Shown: one piece after another, positions 45,572 through 55,591 of the stretch
Numbering within the stretch: position 1 is the stretch's first letter
Layout: each line of letters begins with the position of its first letter
Origin: Hyphomicrobiales bacterium
GTDB lineage: Bacteria > Pseudomonadota > Alphaproteobacteria > Rhizobiales > CAJQND01
Assembly (NCBI GenBank): GCA_028285595.1
Contig: JANQOW010000007.1
Span: 19,036-83,035, forward strand
DNA: 64,000 nt
Direction: 5' to 3'
Translations under genes and position numbers: made by a program
The notes under the pieces: generated by a model
What the model saw: only the letters and a program-made list of their open reading frames with translations
Told to the model about the DNA's origin: nothing
Databases searched by the model: none

Positions 45572-46015
45572 TCAGTTTTGCGAGTTTGAATCCCATACCT
45601 GAGCGAGCGGAAACACCGCGAACAGAAGCTGACCATAGAACTTGAGCTGGCCAAACGGGGAAGCTTGGAGCTCAAGTTGGTCCGCCACACTTTCAGACAG
45701 TATGATTGAAGAAACTGCCACGTCGGCGATCAGCCAGAGAATCAGCGCAGAAAGTCCCATCACCGCGCGCGCTCCCAACTGACTGGGAACATCAAACCGT
45801 TCGATGAGGGATCGACATAAGATCCAAGCCGCGATGAATAGAACGGGGATCTCGATCGCCAGGATGACCACGTCAGGCAGGGCACCCGTCAAAATCATCT
45901 CACGAACTAAGCTCACTACCCCAGCGATCGCGAACATCGCCGCGAAATAGGTTAGTCCAGCTTTTAGAGAGGGTTTCATAATCGTAGCTCCCGAAAAAAG
46001 AAGAAAGACCGCCAA
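45572..46015 (-). CDS. hypothetical membrane protein (about 4 TM)
   Basis: Hydrophobic 147-aa ORF with no recognisable family. An alternative start exists at MKPSLKAG (45979). Confidence 0.5.
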   Translation of the reverse strand: MAVFLLFSGATIMKPSLKAGLTYFAAMFAIAGVVSLVREMILTGALPDVVILAIEIPVLFIAAWILCRSLIERFDVPSQLGARAVMGLSALILWLIADVAVSSIILSESVADQLELQASPFGQLKFYGQLLFAVFPLAQVWDSNSQN

Positions 46016-46030
46016 ATTTTTCTACTGCGA

Positions 46031-46423
46031 CTAAAGCCTGACCGAGCGCCGGACTCGCGCCTCTACTTTCCTGGCGCTTTGATCATATGTCCGCATTTGC
46101 TTGGCATTCAGTATCCGCGACAGCTGAGAGCGGGTTCTGCGTCCAATAGCTCTGAGTTCCCGGGATGCGCGGAAGAGTTTCAAGCCATCCGGTTCTCTGT
46201 CAAAAGGATCGACCCCAACCTTGCGCAGCGCCTTGAACAAGGAGCGCTCGGCGCGTTTCAGGATTTGTCTTACTTTCGGCTTTTGCTTGGCCGTCAGAGT
46301 GACGCGCCGCTCAAAATCCCCGGTCCAAATCGAGTTTGCAGCATCGCTGGGGGTCCCTGAGAACCCAATGGCAACGGACACTACAAAAAGTAATGTGAAC
46401 GCTCCTCGCCAGAACTTGCCCAT
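46031..46423 (-). CDS. hypothetical exported protein, Spy/CpxP-like LTxxQ pattern
   Basis: Signal peptide ...FSGTPSDAA. LTAKQKPKVRQIL and LNAKQMRTY repeats in a basic helical protein. Confidence 0.45.
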   Translation of the reverse strand: MGKFWRGAFTLLFVVSVAIGFSGTPSDAANSIWTGDFERRVTLTAKQKPKVRQILKRAERSLFKALRKVGVDPFDREPDGLKLFRASRELRAIGRRTRSQLSRILNAKQMRTYDQSARKVEARVRRSVRL

Positions 46424-46499
46424 TCTAGTGTTCCTTTATCAATTTGCTTTCCGGCTCTTTTGGCATCGTGAAAACTGCGGTTCTCTGAAACTTGTGTGC

Positions 46500-47153
46500 T
46501 CAGAACGATGCCAGGCTATCGAAGGTGTGAACTCGAACACCCTTATGTTTTGACGAGGCGATCAAATTCATCGCTCTGGCCACTTGCTCACCCTTAATGG
46601 GGCGGTACTTTCGTAATGGACCAATCAAGATGACACTGAGGAGGGGTGCAAGGAATCGCCCCAAATCTTCCAGGGGCCGACTTTCGTCTCGATCTCCAAG
46701 GAGCAGAGAAGGCCGCAAAATGTCGAGCGTCTCGAAACCGATGGCTGCCAGATCTCGTTCCGTTTCACCCTTCACGTGAGCGTAGAAACTTGCTGAGCCA
46801 ACCTTCGCTCCCACCGATGAGATAAAGACAAAGCGCTTTGCGCCTTGCTGGTGGGTGATCTCTGCGCACCGAACAACGTAATCGTGGTCGATTTTCCGAA
46901 AGTTATCTTGACTCCCGGCCTTGGCTTGCGTTGTGCCGAGGCAACAAAAAATCGTGTGAGCCTTTAACTTTGCGGCGGACGCTTCAATTGTGTCTGAGTC
47001 GCCGATCACTTCGACGATCTTGGTGTCGTTCAGGCCGAGATGCCGACGGGTTAGGACAATGATGCGATTCCACTTCGGATCGTGAACCAGCTGATCCAGC
47101 AGGTGCCGACCGATTAGTCCGCTTGAGCCTAGAATTAGGGCGGTGTTAGACAT
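46500..47153 (-). CDS. NAD(P)H-binding atypical SDR (HTATIP2/semialdehyde dehydrogenase-like)
   Basis: MSNTALILGSSGLIGRHLLDQL Rossmann motif, 217 aa. Confidence 0.75.
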   Translation of the reverse strand: MSNTALILGSSGLIGRHLLDQLVHDPKWNRIIVLTRRHLGLNDTKIVEVIGDSDTIEASAAKLKAHTIFCCLGTTQAKAGSQDNFRKIDHDYVVRCAEITHQQGAKRFVFISSVGAKVGSASFYAHVKGETERDLAAIGFETLDILRPSLLLGDRDESRPLEDLGRFLAPLLSVILIGPLRKYRPIKGEQVARAMNLIASSKHKGVRVHTFDSLASF

Positions 47154-47397
47154 GGTGCCTCCGACAGCGCTTGCTGTTTGCGATGGGATAACAGTAGAGC
47201 TTCGTCCGCCGATTTACCTCGTTCTGATCGGACAGACTCTTGATAGTTCAGGACAAAAAGACTGAGTAATCGCCGCGCTCGGAAGCCTTTGCCTTGCGAC
47301 ATTGCAGCAAGACTTTCAGGTTGGCTCGATTTTCCGGGCGGCGCAGGATCTCGGCTCATCGCGCCCCCTTGAAACCCAATGACGGCTTCGAAGACAC

Positions 47398-47428
47398 AAA
47401 AAAGCGCTCCCTGCTCGGAGCGCTTTTT
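47398..47428 (-). terminator. rho-independent (bidirectional-looking) terminator downstream of the Fe-ADH gene
   Basis: AGCGCTCC (47403-47410) pairs with GGAGCGCT (47417-47424) around a 6-nt loop. It is flanked by an A-run (47398-47403) and a T-run (47424-47428). Confidence 0.75.
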
Positions 47429-47505
47429 CAGTTCTGGATGCAGTCTTTGAGCGCTATGAAATCAGCTTGGCTGATGAGTTCCCACCGGTCATCTTGGTCA
47501 AAATC

Positions 47506-48687
47506 TCACATCGAAGCCTTAAAGATCGACATGAGGCCCTCTGGCGTTGGGGGGCGAGGGTTAAAGGAGCAGCATGGATCCTTCATGGCGTTATCGACGA
47601 GCGCCGGCAGGTCTTCCTCTTTAACGCCAAGCTCTGCCAATCCGGATGGAATGCCAACTCGCTCAGACAACTCATTAATGGCCTCTAGTGCCTTGTCCGC
47701 AGCTTCTCGAGTTGAAAGCCCTTCAACATCTTTGCCCATGTATTTGGCAATCCCGGCAAGCCGCTCTGCGACGGATTCTTCTTCGGCATTGTAGGCTTCA
47801 ACACGAGGAAGCAAGACGGCGTTGCAAATACCATGGGGCAGATCATAGAAGCCCCCAAGTTGGTGCGCCATGCCGTGAACGAAGCCCAACCCAGCCGAGT
47901 TGAACGCGCATGCGGCCAGGAACTGCGCATAGGTCATTGCTGTTCGTGCTTCTCTATCGTTGCCGTTCTCGACAGCGGTGGGCAAGCTCTTGAAGATCAT
48001 GTTGATTGCCTGGAACGCAGTGCAGTCGCTGATCGGGTTTGCCATCTTCGACACCACAGCCTCGATGGCATGTGTCAAAGCATCCATCCCGGTCGCCGCG
48101 GTGAGTTCCGGAGGCATATACTCCATAAGCTCAGGGTCATTTATGGACACAGCCGGTGTCGCGCGGTGGTCAACGATGACCATCTTTGTGCGCCGATCAG
48201 GATCGGTGATGATGCTGAACTGAGTGGCTTCGGCGCCCGTTCCCGACGTTGTGTTTATGGAGACGATCGGAAGGATGCCTTTTTCGCATTTGTTGATGCC
48301 CTCATAGTCCTTGATCGATCCGCCACCGGCACCAACGGCACCGATGCCTTTTGCGCAATCGTGGTTGGAGCCACCACCAAATGAGACAATGAAGTCACAA
48401 CCTGCTTCTTCGTAGGCGATGTGACCTTGATCAACGTTTTCGATTGTCGGGTTAGGTTGAACACCGTCGAAGATGGCATGATCAATCCCGATCCCGTCGA
48501 GCATCTCAATGATACGTTTGGTCAGTCCAAGCTCGCCGTGAAGTGTTTTCCCGGTGACGATGAGCGCTTTCTTGTAACCCAGTCGTTGGATGTGGCTGGC
48601 TCCTTCTTCCAGAGCCCCTTCGCCGATGATGTTGATTGTTGGTATGAAGTAACTGCACGCCATGTGCTTGTATGCGTTTGTAGCCAT
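47506..48687 (-). CDS. iron-containing (group III) alcohol dehydrogenase (methanol/lactaldehyde reductase-like)
   Basis: GGGSNHDCAKG, NTTSGTGAEAT and HGMAHQLGGFYDLPHG motifs, 393 aa. Confidence 0.88.
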   Translation of the reverse strand: MATNAYKHMACSYFIPTINIIGEGALEEGASHIQRLGYKKALIVTGKTLHGELGLTKRIIEMLDGIGIDHAIFDGVQPNPTIENVDQGHIAYEEAGCDFIVSFGGGSNHDCAKGIGAVGAGGGSIKDYEGINKCEKGILPIVSINTTSGTGAEATQFSIITDPDRRTKMVIVDHRATPAVSINDPELMEYMPPELTAATGMDALTHAIEAVVSKMANPISDCTAFQAINMIFKSLPTAVENGNDREARTAMTYAQFLAACAFNSAGLGFVHGMAHQLGGFYDLPHGICNAVLLPRVEAYNAEEESVAERLAGIAKYMGKDVEGLSTREAADKALEAINELSERVGIPSGLAELGVKEEDLPALVDNAMKDPCCSFNPRPPTPEGLMSIFKASM

Positions 48688-48959
48688 CTTCTCGTGTTCC
48701 TTTTGCTGTACGATTCAACAGAATTGGATCTGGGCAGAGCAAACGCATTCGAAGAGCCTGCATTGGAGCTCTTTGGGCGATATGCGCCTAACCCTATTCT
48801 GTGCGGAGGCCATTGACGGTGTGCTGAGCGGGAGCGCGCATCACGCGTCACCCGTTGTTCAGCTCCCGGAACATTGGCCTAGAGTTTGTTTGAAGAACAC
48901 GTGGAGGAACTTGTGATTTCCCCCACGTGTTATGTCTTCTCGATCGCTTATGAACGAAC

Positions 48960-49523
48960 TCATGAATTACCTTCGAAGTCGAAGCGCAAACCAGAATGGT
49001 CATCACGCTCGAGTACGAAGACGTAAGGTACAGGGATACCTTTCCAGTCCATCAGGCCGAAGATGCGGTTCTCGTCGATTTTGGAGAAGTAATCCAAAAC
49101 CGGGGTTGCGTCATAGCACATGGTGGTGCAAACGCGGCCACGGTACTCGATGTTTCTCAGGCGAGCTGAGCTTGTTTTTGCCTGAAGTACAGGGCGTGCG
49201 GCTGCGAACAGAGGCTGCAGGTACTCGCCTTTGGGCATTTGGAAACCGAGCGGAACATTAGCCGGATCGACGGGCCAGATTTCGCCTTCTTCGCCGTTAT
49301 ACACCAGAGGGTGAACTTCTTCTTCGCTTGTGAAGATCTTGCCGTACCAACCGGAGTTGGGAAGCAGTTCGTCCCACGGATTGCCAGAGTAGATCTCGGT
49401 ACCTTTCCAGCGACCTTTCATGAACTCGTAGTCGGTTACAGGTTCCAGGCTATCGAACAGCTCATATGCTTCTGCGACGGTTGCTTTCTTTTCAGTCAAG
49501 ATTTTGTTGAGGAGGTCAGACAT
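48960..49523 (-). CDS. GXWXG domain / DUF4334 domain protein (function unknown)
   Basis: MSDLLNKILTEKKATVAEAYELFDSLEPV...MKGRWKG (GxWxG). Start moved to 49523 behind AAGGA; the track ORF extends to 49745. Confidence 0.7.
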   Translation of the reverse strand: MSDLLNKILTEKKATVAEAYELFDSLEPVTDYEFMKGRWKGTEIYSGNPWDELLPNSGWYGKIFTSEEEVHPLVYNGEEGEIWPVDPANVPLGFQMPKGEYLQPLFAAARPVLQAKTSSARLRNIEYRGRVCTTMCYDATPVLDYFSKIDENRIFGLMDWKGIPVPYVFVLERDDHSGLRFDFEGNS

Positions 49524-49974
49524 TTTGTTCTCATCCTTCGTTAGGTGTTGGTCCTTGCCAGGAGCGATCTGCTTTGTGTTTGTCGCGCTGACAGGGATTT
49601 TTTTAAGATGAATAGACCGAACCAACGATGTTCTCCGCGGACAAAAGATTGTCGAATTAGGACAACCAAAACGTTTGCCTCGATGAGTATTATTTCGTGA
49701 ACCTTCCCGCCGCAGCGGCAGTGCCGCTATGACTGATGGATTCACGTTTTTTCAATTTTATCAGTAGGTTAAAGACTTAAGTCGGAGCTTGGCGACAGAT
49801 CACAATTTGATTTCTGTCTCATCAGAAAATATAGAATTGCACTGGTCATTCGGGACACTGTGCAACTTGCAAGAAATCAGGTGCGCCGATCGTGGAAATT
49901 TTATTGGGGTAGGCGTCTCAAAAGAAATGCTCGTCAGGTGAAAAAGGAATTCCGATCTTTGGCGCTGGGCCGGA

Positions 49975-50679
49975 TCAGCGGACAGAGGCTGCTGGCAGCG
50001 TAATGCTATCCACTTTGTCGTGCCATTCGGCCAACCTGTTGAAGCGAGGAAGTAAGGCTGCAGGTTCCTCAGCGCATTTCAAGACGGTGATCATTGAAGC
50101 GATTGAAATATCTGCCACTGAGATTTGGTTTCCAACCAACCATTCCCCACGTTCCAGAAAGGTCTCCAACGCGACGAAATGATCTTCGATCGAGCGCATC
50201 AGTGTCGCTCCAGTTTTGCGCCCGAGACCTTGGGAGTTGACGGATTTTCGGATCATGCCAGGCAGCAGCCGGTTCATGATGACCCGTGTTATGCCCGTCT
50301 CGTATCTCGCGAAGTCATCGACAAAACGAGCCATGTTGTTCGGCTTGCTCCTGATGGACATATCATAGAAGTAGAGACTCTCGTCCGACCAATCCTCAAG
50401 AACATGCGCCTGTGCTCTGTGGAGCGGATCGCTGGGAATCAACATTGGGCTTGGCGCGAGCACATCCAACTTCCGAACGATCTCCGAGCTGTCGATCGTA
50501 ATCTCACCATCAATATCGATTGCTGGGAGTTTCCTGGTCGGAGCGATTTTTTTGAACTTTCCAAGCTGACTAGGAAGAACCTCGACGGTTTCAAAACCTA
50601 AGTTCTTGATGTTGAGAGCACGGCGCACCTTGTCCGCGAACGGGGATATCTCGAACTGATATAGTACAATCTTGGGCAT
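49975..50679 (-). CDS. glutathione S-transferase family protein
   Basis: MPKIVLYQFEISPFADKVRRAL thioredoxin-like N-domain. Start moved to 50679. Confidence 0.8.
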   Translation of the reverse strand: MPKIVLYQFEISPFADKVRRALNIKNLGFETVEVLPSQLGKFKKIAPTRKLPAIDIDGEITIDSSEIVRKLDVLAPSPMLIPSDPLHRAQAHVLEDWSDESLYFYDMSIRSKPNNMARFVDDFARYETGITRVIMNRLLPGMIRKSVNSQGLGRKTGATLMRSIEDHFVALETFLERGEWLVGNQISVADISIASMITVLKCAEEPAALLPRFNRLAEWHDKVDSITLPAASVR

Positions 50680-50890
50680 GGCTTGCTCGTCTTTCGGGTT
50701 CAATGCGGGGCTAGAAGTGCCAAAGACAACCCGTTGCAAACATGTTTCAAGCGGACAAAAAGTTGAGAGTTTCGGACATGGGCCAATCCAGTGCCGACGA
50801 AGATTGACGTCCAAGCTGCAATTCCCAGTTTTGTCTGGGAGGCTCACTTAAGCTTCCATGCAAGTCGGTGTGTCGCGGACACACCAACCA

Positions 50891-51730
50891 TTATGTGATC
50901 CCCTTGGATAGGGTGGCTTCCGGCAGGCCGCACATCCCACAGCTCACCTCCCACAATCGCGCGGCTGTCTTATCATCCAACGCAAGATCTGAAAGCGATT
51001 GCCACTTCCCATTAGCAGAGTAAAGGCTCGCGGCCTTCGCTTGTTGGGCTTCCTGAATTGCTTGATGAATTCCCGAAGCTGCCCACTCCGGAGACTTCCT
51101 AAGAGGACGACTCAGGCGCCACATTATGCGCCAGAAGCTGGGCAAACCATCGCCGAAACCCGTTTCTATCGCACCTGGATGAATTGCAAAGGTCTTGATG
51201 TGAGTACCTTGGAGGCGTTGTGCCAACTCGATGGTGAATAAGACATTCGCAAGCTTCGACTGACAGTAGGCTCGGTTCATGCCGTAATTGCGCGAACCCA
51301 TCAGATCTTCAAAGTTGATCGTGCCCGCCCTGTAGTGGCTGGATGAAACGTTCACAATGAGCGCATGCCTCGCGGTCGACAGGGCGTCCAAAAGCCTCAA
51401 CGTCATCGCAAAGTATGAGAGATGGTTCAGCGCAAATGTCTTTTCGAAACCATCCTCTGTTTCGATCCTCTCGGGAAATATCGCCCCCACGTTGTTGATT
51501 AGAATATCGAGGGAGGTGGAGGCGCTCTTGAAGGCATCCACGGCCTCGATAACTCCAGCTTGCGACGACAAATCTGCACTAATCTTGTGTGTGTTCGGTG
51601 GCGCGGGACAACTGGGCAAATCTACCACCCAAACCTCGCATCCGTTTGCTGACAGCCGTTCAGCCAGAGCTCTTCCGATCCCAGAAGCACCCCCAGAGAT
51701 CAAGATCGTTGGTTTGTTGAGCCGCGTCAT
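50891..51730 (-). CDS. SDR family oxidoreductase
   Basis: ISGGASGIGRALA cofactor motif and YCQSK catalytic motif, 279 aa. Confidence 0.88.
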   Translation of the reverse strand: MTRLNKPTILISGGASGIGRALAERLSANGCEVWVVDLPSCPAPPNTHKISADLSSQAGVIEAVDAFKSASTSLDILINNVGAIFPERIETEDGFEKTFALNHLSYFAMTLRLLDALSTARHALIVNVSSSHYRAGTINFEDLMGSRNYGMNRAYCQSKLANVLFTIELAQRLQGTHIKTFAIHPGAIETGFGDGLPSFWRIMWRLSRPLRKSPEWAASGIHQAIQEAQQAKAASLYSANGKWQSLSDLALDDKTAARLWEVSCGMCGLPEATLSKGIT

Positions 51731-51902
51731 CGGATAACTCTACACAAGAGTTGGCTCCGATCCACTCCAATTGGCGCTCCGAAAACTGGACTTCGTACCC
51801 TTACCATCTGCTAGACTTTACCGCCGGAAGAAAAGGAAACTGAGAAGAAGACGAGTTCATGGCGCTTTTCGCCTGATTGAGCTGGTCTTGGGGCGATGAC
51901 TC

Positions 51903-53912
51903 ATGTCTGACTGGTTTGCGTCTTACTTTGCGCTTGGCAATCTCCAACTTGAACAAGCGCTAGATGCGCAACATGACCCTTTGCTCGTGATCGCCTCATT
52001 GATCATTTCAGGCCTGGGAGCATACGCTGCTTTGCGCATTGCCGCGTGCGTCCGACTGACAGAGGCCCGTTTTCATAGACTTGCATGGTTCGCGGCGGGT
52101 GCCATCACAATGGGCGTCAGTGTTTGGGCCATGCACTTCATTGGCATGCTTGCCTTCCAACTTCCCATACCAGTTAGCTATGACCTGTGGTTGACCCTCC
52201 TCTCAGTGTGTCCGGCCATTTTGGCGGGTGCGCTGATGCTGCAGATCGCGACGAAGCCCAATGCGTCCCTTGCAAGGATCGCGATAGGCGGTACAGCCAT
52301 GGGTCTGGGTGTTGTGGTGATGCACTATTCGGGCATGGCCGCAATGCGCCTTGAGGGTGTGGTTCTCTACAATCCTCTCATATTTGCGTTGTCGGTCGTT
52401 GTCTCAATCGCACTTGCGATTGCAGCGCTCTTCGCCAATTTGCGTATTGAAAGCGCGCCGAAAATCGTGCCGGCCGGGATACTTGGAGCGGCCGTTTCCG
52501 GCATGCACTACACCGCAATGTCGGCAACGCTCTGCTTTGCCAGCGGCAACTCACCTGCAGAGGTGGGCGGCATTGGCACAAACCTTCTGAGTGCACTCAT
52601 AATCATTGCCGTACTCGCACTCATTGGGCTTGCGATCTTCGTGACGTATATCGACCAACGTCTCAATGTGGCGGCGGCGAACGTGCTGCTTAACCGAAAC
52701 CGACTGTTGGATGCGATCGAAAGCACTTCGGACGGCTTCGCGTTCTTCGATGCAGACGACTTGCTCGAAATCTGCAACCAGAAATTCCATCATTTGGTTT
52801 TCGGTTCAAGCGAAGGTCGCGTTGAGCTTGGCACACCCTTTGAGAGCATCATCCGGAAGGCCGCTGAACTGGGGCACATCAAGCATGATGGCGACATCGA
52901 GGCTGTGGTTCGAGAGCGTGTGGAGCGTCATCGGTCTCCAGGTGAGCCGTTGCTGCAGCTTCGCGGTGACGGTCGCTGGTTGTTAATCAGCGAGAGGCGG
53001 GCGTCTGATGGCGGCGTCGTGGCCGTATATTCAGATGTCACTCAACTCAAGGCGAACGAGATCGAGTTAGCGAACAAGACCCGTTCGCTTGAACATCTCT
53101 CCAATCAGCTTGCAAAGTACCTTTCACCTCAGGTTTACAGCTCAATCTTTAGCGGCGAGCAAGACGTGAAGGTCGACAGCAAACGCAAGAAGCTCACGGT
53201 GTTCTTTTCAGATTTGGTTGACTTCACTGAGACGACGGAACGCCTTGCGTCTGAGGAACTGACCAAACTGCTGAATCACTACTTCACTGAGATGTCGCAG
53301 ATCGCGCTTGACCATGGAGCGACGGTCGACAAGTTCATAGGGGATGCGCTGATGGTGTTCTTTGGTGATCCCGGCACCAGGGGCGTGAAGCAGGATGCAC
53401 TGGCGTGCGTTAAGATGGCGATTGCCATGCGGGACAGGCTGGAGGAATTGGCGCATGATTGGAAGGATATCGGCATTGAGAAGCCGTTCCGTGCGCGATT
53501 TGGCATACACACAGACTATTGCACCGTTGGCAACTTCGGTAGCGAAAGCCGCGTGGACTACACTGTCATTGGCGCGGGTGTCAATCTTGCAGCACGTGTT
53601 GAATCTGCCGCTGCACCCGGAGAGATTCTGATCTCGTTTGAAACCTACTCGCACGTGAAGGACCAGGTTGAGTGCAGCGAAAGCAAGCAGATTTCCGTGA
53701 AGGGGGTGTCCCATCCCGTGAACGTGTACTCTGTCATTGGTGAGAGGCACCAGCAGACTTCGCCGTCCGGCGAGCAAAACCTTGCAACTGAACACCTGAG
53801 CCTCAGGCTTGACATTGACAGTATGAATGACAGTGAGAAACTGGAAGCGAGGGGTCTGCTAAATAAAGCGCTTGGCCTGCTGGGGGCGCCTTCAAAAACC
53901 CGGCGAGACTAG
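51903..53912 (+). CDS. MHYT-domain / PAS / class III adenylate cyclase membrane sensor
   Basis: Three MHYT-type motifs (AMHFIGMLAF, VMHYSGMAAM, GMHYTAMSA) in TM helices. A PAS-like region follows (LLDAIESTSDGFAFFD...). Cyclase domain FFSDLVDFT...DKFIGDALMVFF...YTVIGAGVNLAARVES. Confidence 0.85.
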   Translation: MSDWFASYFALGNLQLEQALDAQHDPLLVIASLIISGLGAYAALRIAACVRLTEARFHRLAWFAAGAITMGVSVWAMHFIGMLAFQLPIPVSYDLWLTLLSVCPAILAGALMLQIATKPNASLARIAIGGTAMGLGVVVMHYSGMAAMRLEGVVLYNPLIFALSVVVSIALAIAALFANLRIESAPKIVPAGILGAAVSGMHYTAMSATLCFASGNSPAEVGGIGTNLLSALIIIAVLALIGLAIFVTYIDQRLNVAAANVLLNRNRLLDAIESTSDGFAFFDADDLLEICNQKFHHLVFGSSEGRVELGTPFESIIRKAAELGHIKHDGDIEAVVRERVERHRSPGEPLLQLRGDGRWLLISERRASDGGVVAVYSDVTQLKANEIELANKTRSLEHLSNQLAKYLSPQVYSSIFSGEQDVKVDSKRKKLTVFFSDLVDFTETTERLASEELTKLLNHYFTEMSQIALDHGATVDKFIGDALMVFFGDPGTRGVKQDALACVKMAIAMRDRLEELAHDWKDIGIEKPFRARFGIHTDYCTVGNFGSESRVDYTVIGAGVNLAARVESAAAPGEILISFETYSHVKDQVECSESKQISVKGVSHPVNVYSVIGERHQQTSPSGEQNLATEHLSLRLDIDSMNDSEKLEARGLLNKALGLLGAPSKTRRD

Positions 53913-54035
53913 AGCTCCTTTAGTTCTCGCCTCTGGCGAAACACTGCCGGGGGATAAGCAGCTCATCTGAAATACAACCACAGCATTGCGGCGATAAAGG
54001 CAAAAGTTGTGATGTTCATGATGGTGTTGTCGAGG

Positions 54036-55532
54036 TCACCGGTGAGCATCGGGTTCCTCCTTTAGGGCGCGCATAAAACACACCACCATCAATACGGTTA
54101 TAAAGACAAATGGCAACGCACCCAGGGCGATGAAACCGCGTACCGCTGATATTGAACCAGAGACGATCATCGCACCTCCCAGCACACCCAACATGATGCC
54201 CCACATTGCCCGCACGCGAACTGCTGGATTGGGATCACCACCGCTCGAAAACGTGCCCAGAACAAAAGCTGCGCTGACGACACTCGTCACGATGAAGAGA
54301 AAAGCCGCGAGCACCGTGGCCGTTGTCGTCAGCCAAGCGAGTGGCAATCTGGCCAACAGCTCAAATGTAACGCGCTCGACATTTGATCTGGTCACTTCGA
54401 CCAACACCGCGTTCCCCTTGAGAACGTCAAAGATGCCGATGCCACCGAACGCACCGAACCAGATCATGGAAAAGACGGTCGGTACCACCAGAACACCCAA
54501 CACGAACTCGCGAATGGTTCGGCCTCTGGAAATGCGGGCGATGAAGACGCCAACGAATGGTCCCCAAGCGATCCACCAGACCATGTAAGTCAATGTCCAT
54601 TCTCTGAACCACTTTGCCACCTCATCGTCGAAAAACGTGAACGTTTGAAATCCCCTCGGCACGACCTGGCTCAGGTAACTGCCAAAGCTGTTGAGGATCG
54701 TGTTCATCAGGAACTGGGTGGGGCCGAACAGGACGACGAAGAGGAGCAGGAATCCCGCCAGCAGCATGGCGGCGTTCGAAAGGCGCGACATGCCCTGTCC
54801 CAGGTCCACAAACAAAGGTGGCATGTAGCAGGCAAACATTACGACAAATACAGCGGCGATCAGCCCGGTGCCCGCGAGGTCCGCCGGAATGAGTATGTCG
54901 ACCCCGTCGGCCACTTGGAAAACTCCCATCGCGATGGATCCAGCGACGCCAATTGCGATAGCCGCAATTGCAAAAAAATCGGCAATCCAACCGGTAATCG
55001 AGGCCCAGCGCTCTTCAGGAAACAAGGATGTAACCGGTGCGCTCACAAGCATGGGCGTGCCGCGCCTGTATGAGAAATAGGCGATGACCATAGCGATCGC
55101 CGCATAGATTGCCCACGCATGGAGACCCCAATGAAACAGTGTTGTGGTCAATGCCTCGCTTGCCGCTCTTGGGCGAGGTAGTCGCTCCTGTGCAAACGAA
55201 AAATGCGTCATCGGTTCAGCTACGGCCCAGAACAAGAGGCCAACGCCCATCCCCGCAGAAAAGAGCATCGCGAGCCAGGCAATGGTTGAGAATTCCGGCA
55301 CTTCATCATCCGCACCTAGCCGAACGCGCCCAAATCGCGACAATGCTAACCAGACGCAGAACAGCAAAAGTGCCGTGACGGTCGCCATAATGAACCATCC
55401 GCGACCTTCGAACGCTCGTGCGACAACCGCTTGCGAGAAACTGACTGCACTGGCTGAGTCAACGAGTGCCCATATTCCCAAAGCGCCAACGAGAGTCAGC
55501 GAACATGAAAGCAGAGTCCAGTTCGGTTTCAT
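54036..55532 (-). CDS. BCCT family (betaine/carnitine/choline) transporter
   Basis: 498-aa polytopic ORF with BCCT Trp-rich signature region (WTLTYMVWWIAWGPFVGVFIARISRGRTIREF). Confidence 0.9.
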   Translation of the reverse strand: MKPNWTLLSCSLTLVGALGIWALVDSASAVSFSQAVVARAFEGRGWFIMATVTALLLFCVWLALSRFGRVRLGADDEVPEFSTIAWLAMLFSAGMGVGLLFWAVAEPMTHFSFAQERLPRPRAASEALTTTLFHWGLHAWAIYAAIAMVIAYFSYRRGTPMLVSAPVTSLFPEERWASITGWIADFFAIAAIAIGVAGSIAMGVFQVADGVDILIPADLAGTGLIAAVFVVMFACYMPPLFVDLGQGMSRLSNAAMLLAGFLLLFVVLFGPTQFLMNTILNSFGSYLSQVVPRGFQTFTFFDDEVAKWFREWTLTYMVWWIAWGPFVGVFIARISRGRTIREFVLGVLVVPTVFSMIWFGAFGGIGIFDVLKGNAVLVEVTRSNVERVTFELLARLPLAWLTTTATVLAAFLFIVTSVVSAAFVLGTFSSGGDPNPAVRVRAMWGIMLGVLGGAMIVSGSISAVRGFIALGALPFVFITVLMVVCFMRALKEEPDAHR

Positions 55533-55591
55533 TCAATGCCTCTCACATGGTCCCAAACAGCACTAGCTCCGATCTGAACGTCCATTGCTGT

